A DNA stretch of 62,136 nucleotides, filler included. It is 14 parts of 14 records of this genome, joined end to end, with 100 filler letters (N's around TTAATTAATTAA, not from the genome) between each part and the next. Parts side by side here need not be neighbours in the genome. Positions count along the whole stretch, not along the records: positions 9,279 to 19,432 come from SRR7504441_10778; positions 19,533 to 22,746 come from SRR7504441_10781; positions 22,847 to 26,186 come from SRR7504441_10782; 11 more parts are not named here. The stretch is one strand, 5' to 3'. Positions 12,201 through 22,978 of the stretch are shown here, piece by piece. Positions within the stretch are counted from its first letter, which is position 1. Each line of letters starts with the position of its first letter. Below the pieces are notes generated by a model. The model made no database searches and was not told the DNA's origin. It was given only the letters and a program-made list of their open reading frames with translations. Made by a program: the position numbers and the translations under genes.

Positions 12201-15200
12201 TATGCACCATGAATGTCTCAAGATCAAATGAGAACCGCTTGAGGTGAATCAACAAATTTGGCGGTAGAGTTTCAATCGTATCCATGAATGTTGTGTCGGT
12301 GTTCTTGTTGCAGAAGCCACAGAATACCTGATTATCGCCAGTCATCTCCTCAGAGCTGAAACGCTCATTCAAGCATTCGTCCAGTGTGTTGGTCGGAATC
12401 ATGTTTTGCAGGCATCCAAGTTCCAATCGCAGGAACGGCTCTTTTGAGGAGGTGGTCAAGTTGTGGCATTTGTGGCAGAAGCGCTGCTTCACAATCCCTC
12501 CACCCATGCATTCAGAGATCGACTTCACCTGAGGCGTGCCCTTCATTTGATCCTGCAACACATCCAAGAGATGATCATAGAACTCAGCAAAATCGTTCTG
12601 CGATGTGACAGCAAACTGAAGCGGCAGCACTGAACAAGCTTGCACAAGAGGGTAGGGTTCGTAGCAGCCGGCCTTGCCTCGCAGCAAGTGGTAGAATAGC
12701 CTCTGCACTTCACGCAGCACTGCGCCCTTGTCACGATTCTTCTGTTTGACAGGGTCTGGCGCACTGGTTGCATCTGGTGCTGCAGTGGTCACGTCGGTTC
12801 CCATAGGGTTGCTGCTGATGATTTCACAGTCTGCAGTCTTAGCACTCATGCACATATCGCACTGGTCTAAGAAGCTTTCATTCTGGAAGGTACATGCACT
12901 GCACACCCACAGCTCGCAGACAGGTCCCACTGGCATTGCTGTTGCGGCTGGAATCGAAACGGTCTCCAGCTCCTCAGCTGCTTCAGGCTCTGGAGGTGGC
13001 AAAGGGATTGGAGCTCGGACCTCCAGGAATGCTTGGCGCAATGTTGGAAGGTTGAACAGCTGCTGCAATACTGAGTTCATGTAGCACGTGTTGCCGCGGT
13101 TGATCAGCCCAACACATCCAGTCATGTTCCTGAGCTTGCACACCGAGGTGTTGGTCTCATCCACAGCAGCACAGTACTCCATATCTTCAACAAACCCCCA
13201 GTTGCTCTGATCCTTGATATATTGCCGTTTTAGCGGAGCCGGGGTCACTTCAATCAAATTGATCAACTCGCTCACCACAGATGCCCGTATTGCTAGAACT
13301 GTCGCGTTTTGAGCGTCCTTGGAGGTGCAAAGCAGCTTACGCAACAGCTGGGCTGCACAGGAACGAGACTGAGACGTCTGGCACATCGCCTGGGCAGCAC
13401 ACAGCCGATCAGAAGCGAGCCAGGCAGGGCAGCGCACCTTGCTCTGTCCCTTCTTGATCGGGATCTCAAGCAGGAAGTGGTACAGCATGTACAGTGCAAA
13501 GGCTGAGCCCTCTGGTGCAGGCTGTTGTGGGTTGGAGAAGGCAGGCTGACAGCTGCTGAGCACTGCAGGACTCACTGGGATCCTGAGGGCTTCGAGCTGC
13601 ATCTCTAGGCTGTGGTCCACTAGCTTGCCCATCAGTGTGAGGAGTCCAATAATCAATACGGCGCTATTGGCGTCAGTGGCTGGAACAAGAGATGGTGATG
13701 TAAGGGTTCCAGCCACCATCCCGAGCAGCAAACTGCACTGCTCGTGGTTGACTGATGTCGTGACCAAGCTTGTTATCATGTCAAAAAACTCAAAGCAGCA
13801 GCCACCCTCTGAGTGCGACACCTCGCTGAGCATGCCGCTCAGAAGCTCCAGGATGCGGGCATGTGCGATGTCACTTGATTGTGAAATGTCCAGCAAGGTC
13901 TTGTACACAGCCTTGCGCACAGTCCCGTTTGCACTCAAGAGCAAGGAGCTCATCATCCCTGGCAAGCCCTCCACCTCCAGAAATCCGCCCAGTAGCTGCT
14001 GCTGTGTCCTCAAGATTGCCTGCAGGATTGTTGTTCCAGATACAATTGCTTGACTTAGACGGGCCATTGCCAGAGGCGAAGCTGCTCCGTGAGCCAGGTG
14101 GTGCTCCTGAGATTCGTGAGCTTGCATCATCAGTGAAACCACTGTACGTATGACGGCGCTAAAATCCATGTCGCCAACACAGTCAGAGCTGTTTGATGAA
14201 AAGCAGCGGACCAGCTTAGCCTCCTGCTCGTCCAGGTCATCAGACTTATCGTCGGACTGCGGGGAGAGCGCTTTCTGAAGCATCCCTGTGATGCAGAAGG
14301 TGAAAGTTCGCAGCACGATGCTGAGCCCAAGCTCCCTCATCAATGGGACATTGTCCCAGCCCACGACGCCCTGCAGCTGCATCAGGAAGTCGTAGAGGGT
14401 AGCAAATCCGCCAGAGTGCATGAAACCTTGCCTCCAGCGCTTGGCCTTCTCTAGCTCCTCTGCGCGATTGCCAGCAGGTAGCAGCAAGGAGTCAATGATT
14501 TGCAGCATGTAAACTGAGTGCCAGTACCTGCCAGCCAACATCATAACAACAGCTTACAGCCCATGCACTCACCCTTGGGTAGGTCCAAACACCGAGGTCC
14601 ACTGGCCCTCATCTGGCTGCTGCTCCACCTTAGCTCGGAGGGCGTGGCATGTCGGCAAGATCTGAAGCAGCTCCCATGCTACTCCTCGCATCTCATCGTC
14701 TGCTCCAGCACCAAGCAGATCCATCAATAAATAATGCTTCTTCTCACCGTTCTCTGAAACAAACACATCCATTGGTGAGAAAGTATCCTGGCCAGACTTG
14801 GCTGTGCTATTGATTGTGGCTGAGATCTCGTACTCCTTGCTGCCATCCACAATTCCAAACTCCTCGAGAGTTTGCTGTGAATGGTCTGGGATCAGCACCG
14901 CATTGGGGTCATTGTAATACTTTTTGTTGAGAGTGAGCTCCCAATCCCATACCATGTCAAACAGCTTGCAGCACTCCTGATGCAGCTCTTGAGCAGTCAT
15001 CTTCGAGTGCACCCTCAGCCTTTTCGTGCTTCCATCCATCCGCTTGAACAGCAGGTGGACGCCCTGGCCTCGCGAGTTGCTCCCATGCGAGCACTCCTTG
15101 AGGTGAGACTGGAACGCAACAAAGTGCCTCTTGAGCATCTTGAGACAGCGCAGCGCCATCTCATGCCACCCCTCAGACCGCTGCTGTGATGCCAGCATTA

Positions 15201-18200
15201 GCCTCTCCAATATCTCGGTCTGTAGCTGGCCTCTGCAATCCATTCCCCTCGACTGGTTCACTGCAGGTGGGTCGTACTTGTTGATCCCAGGCAATACCAC
15301 CGAAAAGGTGTCTCTCTCCGCCAGCCGCGGGCCGCGCTTGCTATCTTCAGTAAAGCCATCCAGGTGCTGGGTGGTCAGGTCCACAATCTCGTCAGGATCG
15401 CCATCTTCAATCTCGAGCCGGATCGCTTTGCCGCCATTGAGTACTGCCACCACCCGCGCATTCTTCCACTCAAAGTAATTGCCATGAATGTAGCTGCTCT
15501 TGATCAGCTGCAGATCTATCTCGGCCCCAATCTCGTACTCTGGCACTTCAACTGACTCCTCCACGCCATCAAGAGGCTCGTCATGCGACTCGATTTGACT
15601 CATGCCATGATATACAGCTATCAACAGCTCAGCTGCTGCTGTGGCAACACCCTCCCCATTGGCGCGCATGGCGCATGCCCAGATCCCTTCAAGCCCCTGC
15701 AGGTCCACCTTCTTGGTGGCATCCACAGTGACCGGCCCTGCCAGTGCCTCTTCTTCTTTAGGGAGCAGATGCCACTCTTTTGCTTTAGATAACTCTATCT
15801 GAGTCTCTTCGTTCATCCCAAACCTGATATTGTGCTTCTTCCACCATTGGTTGTACCCGACCACTGTCCCAACCCGAAACCCCTTGTTCTCAATGCTGAC
15901 GGCCACCCGCTGTCCGATCATCAAAGTGCCCCTGAGGTGAGGCGGCGGCGGCACGCCTACAAACTTGTTGGCAGCCGGCACGTCGGCCTCTCCACAGGTA
16001 GCAATCAGGCTTCCCGCTTGGCAATTGGCCTGAACAAACAAAACCTGCAGACAGTGGTATGGCTGTGGCTCCTGCCCGCGCTTGGTTTGGACCGCTAGCA
16101 CAGACATCTTCTCCAGAGCGTGCAGCATCACATCCGTGCTGAATATCGAGACCGACTTAGGGTTGTTGAGCTGCATGCGAAGCCAGCAGTAAAACTGGTC
16201 CTGCACCTCGTCGGTGGTATCCTCAAACAGGCTCCACAGCGCTTCCAGTTGGCTGATGTCAAAAGAGAGCGTCGAATGCAGGTGCACGTATGCAATCAGC
16301 CTTAGTCTCTGCCGATACCCTGTGAGCATGCACAGCAGCTGGGCCTGACTGTGGCCGTTCTTGCAGTATGCCGCCTGTGCATATTGGTGAAACCCGCGCA
16401 GCTCATTCAGCATGGCCGTTACTAAGCCTTTCTCTGCCAGCGCTGAGATTGTCTCTGCCCTCAGCAGTTCCTCTGACGGCAGGAACACAGACTTGTACTT
16501 TGTCATGCCTAGCTCGTCCACATAGCTCTCAGTGTGGTGGAACTTGGGCGGCGGAGGCTTCTCCGGCACTGCATCTAGAATGGCTGTGAACAGCTCGGTG
16601 GTCGCCTCACTTGTGTGCTCTGCCACCACCTCCATCGACGACTCATGCCCCGAATTAGCAGCTAGATCATCCCAGAACTGTTCAGCCTCCTCTACGAGCG
16701 TCACACACTGGTCACATAGGCTCTTCAGGTGCGGCTTGCAGTGGTCCATTTGGAGCGCCGCCGTGATCGCCGCCAGCAGCAGCAGCCGTCGCTCGACCTC
16801 GCGTTGACTCAGCACAGCCTTCCACAGCAGCTGAATAATCGCCCATGCAGCGTGCCCCTGATTCTTGCGAAGCAAGCTCTCCCGGCGGTACTGCACCTGG
16901 GTAGAGCCGTCGGCCAGCAGAGAGTGGGTCAGGGTCAACGCGTGTGTGCCAAGTCCAGGCGCGTGGGGTGAGCCATCGCCTGCGAGGATCTGAGCGAGCC
17001 TCGTGGCGGAGAATTTGAGCAATTCTGCGTCAAACTCGTAGTGCGTCATGATCTCCGTGAGCAGCTTCTGCACGCAAGTCCGCGACATGGCGGCAAACAT
17101 CCGGTCCATCGTCGCTTCGGTCTGCGGTACTTTTTTGAGTAGAGGCGCTGCCACCTGTGCGAGTATTAGCTGGACGGGGAGGCTCGCAGCACACCTCGAC
17201 GAGCTTGTCATTCAGGCGCTCGCCGAACAGCTCCTCGAACACTTTGTTCTCGCTCAGCCATATCGAGAACGCGTCCATGTCGATGAACGTGCCTGCGCGG
17301 GTGAGTAGATTGCCCAGCAATTCGAGCCCGTAGCGACGCAAGATCAACTCATCAGTTCTGAAACAGCGGAGCGACATGTCCTGTCAGGCCAGTCAGCCGG
17401 GCACGGCCGGCCAGGGGGCACCTGCCACATGAGCATAACGGCCTGTTCACAACTCTTGTTCCCGCAGTACCGGAGTGCTGTCAGCGCCGATTCCATACTC
17501 GTCTTCAGCTTCCTAAGCTCGTGTGGCTCTAGCGTCCGGACCCGCTCGGCCAGGATAGTCACCGCCTGCAGCTGCGCATCGGACGATTCGGTGACCTTCC
17601 CCAGGACGGATATGATGTTGGCGCTTTCGCCCAGTCCAATCCACGGGTTAGCATCCAGCAGCTCCAGGCAAGCCTCCGGGCCGCCATGCTGGCCGAACTG
17701 ACGGACCGCCTCCAGCACCAGGTACTGCGCCCCGTTGTTCTGACTCATCACCCCCACGTGCACTGCCGGAGCGTGGTAGAGCAATTTGTTTTTATCAAGC
17801 AGCAGGTTGAGCTGTGCTGTCGCCCACACGTGCGACGCCTGCAGTGCGCGCACGTACAGCTCGACCGCCCCATAGATCAGGTCCTCCACGGTCCGCACCA
17901 TCAGCTCGCACTCCCGCTCCCCGGCGGCCGCCCATTCGAGGTAAGGTTCACCGCGCTGTTGGGCCTTCGCCCTGCCGACCTCCCGCCACTCCACTTGCTG
18001 GTTCTTCCAATTCATCGCCCGCCAGCAAGTGAATGAGGTGGCCATCCGCACCGCGGTGGGCAGGCTGTCCCGGGCGAACCGGAGCACTTTGTCGTGCCCG
18101 ATGCCCAGCGTGAGAGCGGCCCGCACCGCATGTAAAGTGTCGAACTCTGTGGCATCAGACTTGTCGATCCGCTCGGTGGCTGTGGCGATGAGCGCCAGGT

Positions 18201-18405
18201 TGTTCTCCTCGTCCGGGCTCGGGCCCATCGCCTCGACGCCGTCGGCCTCCGGGTCGGCCAGGCTGGGGCACTCCGTGACTTCCCAGGTGGGTGGCCGGCT
18301 CACGCCGCACTTGAGGCATTCGGTGGCGGCCGGCTGGTTGTTCACGGCGCCACAGGCGTGGCACTCCCACGCGGTGTCGGAGTCGTCGAAATGTACTTCC
18401 GGCAT
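9279..18405 (-). CDS. Giant ubiquitin carboxyl-terminal hydrolase (USP9/24/34-like), multi-exon, 3'-truncated
   Basis: Cys box GLINRGNTCYMNSVLQQLF, QNDFAEFY, LIHLKRFSFD, His box VHRGHSAGGGHYYSFIK and WLKFNDDRV. Also two RanBP2-type zinc fingers and a ubiquitin-like segment. Consecutive ORFs are joined by short introns (e.g. near 17380-17420 and 17156-17195). Confidence 0.9.
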
Positions 18406-18687
18406 GCCACGGCGGATGGGACTGCCTGGCCTTTCTCACTCTGACTGGTTGGCCATCTCCGACAGCCGTTGGTGCCGTTGCCGTTACTGCGTGGTGCAGT
18501 ATTAAAAGTACTCGTACGCTGGTAGCTCGACGGTATACAAGTCATGTAGTTTATCAAAGGGGTGCAGGAACCGTCGCTGGATTTACCGCATGAAAATGAG
18601 ATCTGGTGCAAAGAATCATTTTACCTTTAAAATTACATCATCACGAGTCGCGGCAGCCTGCTCACGGCCCGCTCTTCTTATTTACTC

Positions 18688-19432
18688 TCAAATGCACTGT
18701 GGGGCCAAGACCCCTTGCGGTTCGTATGCGCTGGGGTTACTTTTGATATTGTCGTTCAGAATACCCTGCTTGCCCTGCCTGTTGTAGCAATAGTCTGCCG
18801 CCGCCCCATCATGTCCACCAAACAGAAACCGATCGGTCTGGCCGACCGCCTCAGCCACAGCCCAGCGGCGGGCGGACCGTGGAGCCCTCCATCAGCGGGC
18901 AGCCTTGCTCATCGTCGATCTTGAAGATCATGGCAAAGCTCTTATAAGTTACATTGCTCTGCTCGTCCGCGCACAGCCCAGCCAGCGCCTCCAGGTCCCG
19001 GTCCAGCTTGGAGTTGCCCTGGCCCAGATTGACCATCTTCCGCAGGCCGTCCACTACGTGATCCACGTGCGCCACCCCTGCGTCCCGTCCCGCCGGCCCG
19101 CCCGCGGCCACACCGCCGGCCGCCCCGTTGAAGCTCCGGAACACAGCGGTCAAGTTGTAGCTCTTCGCGTAGATCTTGTCACGAATCAGCTTGAGCAGGT
19201 GCAGCTGGGGCGCCGGCAAGCCGTCCGTTGGCCGCTGCTCCCCCACTGGTCAGCCCCGCTGGGCGGGGCCGGGCACCGGGCTCTGCTTGGGCCTGCCGTC
19301 GTGGTCGCGCATCGGCGGCTTGGCCCGCTCGTACGTGACCCCATAGTGGCCCAGCAGGTCGAACGGGCCTGCACAGCCCCCGGTCAGCCCACACCACCCC
19401 CGCCGGGCCCGCGAGGCCGCACTATTGCAAGG
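18688..19432 (-). CDS. Hypothetical protein with a degenerate EF-hand-like region; 5'-truncated, multi-exon
   Basis: LIRDKIYAKSYNLTAVFRSFN...VTYKSFAMIF resembles an EF-hand pair. Short GT-AG introns; stop TGA at 18688. Confidence 0.45.
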
Positions 19433-19877
19433 NNNNNNNNNNNNNNNNNNNNNNNNNNNNNNNNNNNNNNNNNNNNTTAATTAATTAANNNNNNNNNNNN
19501 NNNNNNNNNNNNNNNNNNNNNNNNNNNNNNNNGGCTGAGCCTTGTACTGAACTCCGGGCGTACGTACGTAGAATGATGCATGATAGGGTTAGGGTAGGAG
19601 TTACGCAATGTCCATAAAGTTTACTGTATCATTATGAGCCACCAATGCAATCGACCATTGTATACAAAACTAACGCATTCTATTTAATATTGTTAGTTAG
19701 AACTTTGTAACCGAGTTGTTCCGGGGTGGCGGTCGATCGATAGCGACCGACGGTACATTGAGCGTATGGTTTATTCACCATACGCTCTACCCGGAGTATC
19801 GATCGGGTCGGTCTCGACGGTCTAAAAATAATCTAAAGATCCCAATACCGGAGGATTTCGGCCTGATGGTCGTTCGG

Positions 19878-22598
19878 TCACGTGGTAGATTTGTCACAAT
19901 TGATCACCACTAGCACCACATTGTTGGTAGCGCTCCCTTTAGAGAAGTCCAGTTGCAGCCTCATGCAGTGATCGGTCGAGTTGCGGCCCCAGCCTCCTGC
20001 AGGACCGCACTCTCCACCAGTGCTAATGGTCAACACACGCCCCAGTACAGCCGTGATGTTCCCAGGCTGCAGGTAGTCCACCTTGGCAGAATTCGGGGTG
20101 CAGTCAAGCCCGCGGAGCGTGACTTGCACCGTGCTATCGGCGCGCGCTTGAATGATCGGAGCTGCATAGCCCGCGGGGACGGCAAACAGGTTGGCCAGCG
20201 CATTGTTGCTTGTTACTTCGGCTGGCTGAGCTGCAAGGACCCACGAGCGGCCGCGAATAGCATCAAACAGGTGGCCATAGTCGGCAAACACTGAGTCGTA
20301 CGGGCAGTCTGGCGCACAGTCGCCTCCAATTGCATGATCATTGTTCTTGATGGGCACTGTGGGGAAAACTCCCGCCCACAAATGGGTCTGAAGCCCAGCC
20401 GCCACGTACGCATTGGACATGTTCTTGCCTGGATGGTTCCAAATGTAAGCCACCTTCGGCCCAAGCGTAGCTAGCGCCGTCCCGATGCCGTGGGCATTGA
20501 GTGAGCCGAGCGCCTTGGGGTCTGAGGTGGCCATGTCGCCCATCTCGGCATAAATACCGTCGGCGAATTCCATCATATCGAGCCGGTTCGAGTGGTCGTT
20601 GATGACCACAGCCTGCCCGCCGCTGTGCCATACCTGGCTGAACGCCGCCATTGCCAGCTTCCAACTGTGGATCATCGCCCGCACAGCCATGAACCCGCCA
20701 GCCACGGGGAGCCAGGTTCGGTGGTCGTCGGCGTTGGGGTTGACGGAGCCTAGCCAGTCTTGCCTGTCAATGCACACGCCAGAGGAGGGTACCGTCCGCA
20801 TCGATGTGTTGGCCATGTCCAGCAGATGGTCCAGGTAGGGCAGCTCAGGGTGCGGGTCCATGATGCAGCTGCCCTCCATCCCGCCACACACCAGCTCCCC
20901 GTGATTGGGCGACGGATCCTCCGGGCTGAAGAGCAAGGCCGGGGCGTACTTTTCTCTAATCAGCTGCTGGCTGTGGCAGAGCAGCTTGGTTCGGTTGGAT
21001 GCGGCCACAGCCGCTGCTGAGCAGTTGATCGTCTTGCGCCACGATTGCTTGACGTTCCAGCCAAACTCGAAAAGGTTGCCGTACTGGCAGCTCGAGAAAA
21101 CCGATCCGACTGCCGAGCCCATTCGCCTGATGTGCTCGTACCAGCCCGCAATCTCCTGGTAGCTCACGCCCATACAGCCCTCATTGGTGTGCCCATCCGG
21201 GGGCACATGCGCGAAGCAGGTCAGCCACTGGTCATCAAATCCATCTTTCTTCGTTGGAATCCACTCTCCGTGCCATGGGAACCTCGCTGATGAGTCCCAA
21301 TTCAGGCCCCACCCAAAGGTCTTATACTTTGCAGCGGCCGCGACATCCATGTCGGCCGGCCCGCGCATGTCGGCGTACGATCCGGTCCCGGCGATTCGAT
21401 CCATTGTGGCCGGACTGGCCTTGGGCTCAAAGAACTCCGGATAGCTATCTCTCAGAAACTTCCCCGCTGGCCTCCAGTCAGGCGCATGGGCCAGGATGTT
21501 TGCCGTGAACTCGACTAGCAGTGCATCCGACCCCAGTCGGTGATACAGCCGTGTCCAGTTCACGAACCCGGCCTGGCCGTCTCTGGCCGCAGCTGCAAAG
21601 GCCACTATTGGTGTATCTCTCGGTGAGTGCACCAAAGAGATCCCGAGCTCTGGCTCAATCACGCTCAGCACTGGTAGCACAGCGGCCGGCCCGTCGTTGT
21701 TCTGCTTCGGCCCGCCGATGTCGTTGTCGGTACCCCCGTAGAACAGCTTTGCCGACCCGCCTGGAATCGGGCCGCACGCTGCAACATATGGATTGCCGCT
21801 CGCTGGGTCTGTTCCCAGCCGGCAGCCGGAGGTGGCAGCGTACGAGTGCAGCGTGCCTGAGGCAGCCCAGCGTCCGTCGGTCCGGAACCAGCAGTCATGA
21901 GTCCGTTGGGCCCACGCGTAGATCGAGCAGCTGGCGCTGACCTCACACAGCTGCTGGCAGCCAGCTGCACTCGAAGTACGGCCCTTTGGCTGGCACGGGC
22001 CACTCAAGCAGCCATAGGTGGCGTCATACCCCTCCGCCACATACCACCCGCCCGACGGGCCCGTTGCCAGCCCATCCCCCGATGGATTCGGCAGCAGATA
22101 CGGCGCAAACGGGTCTGCTGCCAAGCTGGGCGGCGCCCCGGACCTCGGACCGCCCAGCCAGACCCTTGCGGTCTGGTTCCACCGCATGAACCGGAGCGCA
22201 GCGGTTATAGGGACGCCCCAGGGCAGCCGGGAGCTGGACCAGACCTTGGTGGCCCATCGGATGGTCCGTCCGTCCACTGAGAATTGGTCAGCCACTGTGG
22301 CGGCCGCACCGGTCAGGTTGTGGTAAGCACCTGGCTGGCAGACGAACTGCCGAGTGAGCACCGCAGACTGGGACCCGGTGGGCTCCAGGACCCCAGTGAC
22401 CAGCGTGCAGCCTTCGAGCTGAGTACCCGAGCCGTCTACCTCGAAGTGCCGCTCGGTGCCGCTCGGTGTCCGCGCCGCGATCTGCGCTATTCCGGCCCCA
22501 GTCAGGGTGACAGCGACCGGCCCAGCGTCGATCGTCAGCCCAGCCGCCCCTGCGAGCCCAAGCAGCAGCGGCAATGCCGCCCCAGCGTTCCCGGCCAT
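19878..22598 (-). CDS. Secreted ~900-aa protein with a PAN/Apple domain and a probable glycoside-hydrolase-like catalytic region
   Basis: Signal peptide MAGNAGAALPLLLGLAGAAG from ATG 22598; PAN-like CQQLCEVSASCSIYAWAQRTHDCWFR; barrel-like segments GVCIDRQDW and DGIYAEMGD. Intronless. Confidence 0.6.
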   Translation of the reverse strand: MAGNAGAALPLLLGLAGAAGLTIDAGPVAVTLTGAGIAQIAARTPSGTERHFEVDGSGTQLEGCTLVTGVLEPTGSQSAVLTRQFVCQPGAYHNLTGAAATVADQFSVDGRTIRWATKVWSSSRLPWGVPITAALRFMRWNQTARVWLGGPRSGAPPSLAADPFAPYLLPNPSGDGLATGPSGGWYVAEGYDATYGCLSGPCQPKGRTSSAAGCQQLCEVSASCSIYAWAQRTHDCWFRTDGRWAASGTLHSYAATSGCRLGTDPASGNPYVAACGPIPGGSAKLFYGGTDNDIGGPKQNNDGPAAVLPVLSVIEPELGISLVHSPRDTPIVAFAAAARDGQAGFVNWTRLYHRLGSDALLVEFTANILAHAPDWRPAGKFLRDSYPEFFEPKASPATMDRIAGTGSYADMRGPADMDVAAAAKYKTFGWGLNWDSSARFPWHGEWIPTKKDGFDDQWLTCFAHVPPDGHTNEGCMGVSYQEIAGWYEHIRRMGSAVGSVFSSCQYGNLFEFGWNVKQSWRKTINCSAAAVAASNRTKLLCHSQQLIREKYAPALLFSPEDPSPNHGELVCGGMEGSCIMDPHPELPYLDHLLDMANTSMRTVPSSGVCIDRQDWLGSVNPNADDHRTWLPVAGGFMAVRAMIHSWKLAMAAFSQVWHSGGQAVVINDHSNRLDMMEFADGIYAEMGDMATSDPKALGSLNAHGIGTALATLGPKVAYIWNHPGKNMSNAYVAAGLQTHLWAGVFPTVPIKNNDHAIGGDCAPDCPYDSVFADYGHLFDAIRGRSWVLAAQPAEVTSNNALANLFAVPAGYAAPIIQARADSTVQVTLRGLDCTPNSAKVDYLQPGNITAVLGRVLTISTGGECGPAGGWGRNSTDHCMRLQLDFSKGSATNNVVLVVINCDKSTT

Positions 22599-22978
22599 CG
22601 CAGCCGACACCCCGGAAGAGCAGACCGAAAGCAGACCAACAGCACTTCTTTTCTGCGTCTGATAGATCAAGGAATAGTGGAATACGGACTACCTGTACTT
22701 GATACCGGTTATCTGGTACATACCCAGACCCAGTTGCGAGCACCAGNNNNNNNNNNNNNNNNNNNNNNNNNNNNNNNNNNNNNNNNNNNNTTAATTAATT
22801 AANNNNNNNNNNNNNNNNNNNNNNNNNNNNNNNNNNNNNNNNNNNNGCAGCAACGCCATTCCCAACGGCGAGAGATATTACTCGACATCATTCATGACAC
22901 AGTTACTACTCCTACAATCATGATTAACTGCCGGAGCCGGTCTTTATACTAGTAAATGACTTGTTAGCTATTATCCCA

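Noticed and set aside
19584-19597. Telomere-like TTAGGG pieces (also ~23472 and ~48585)
   Set aside because: Only 1-2 imperfect units each, not an array.
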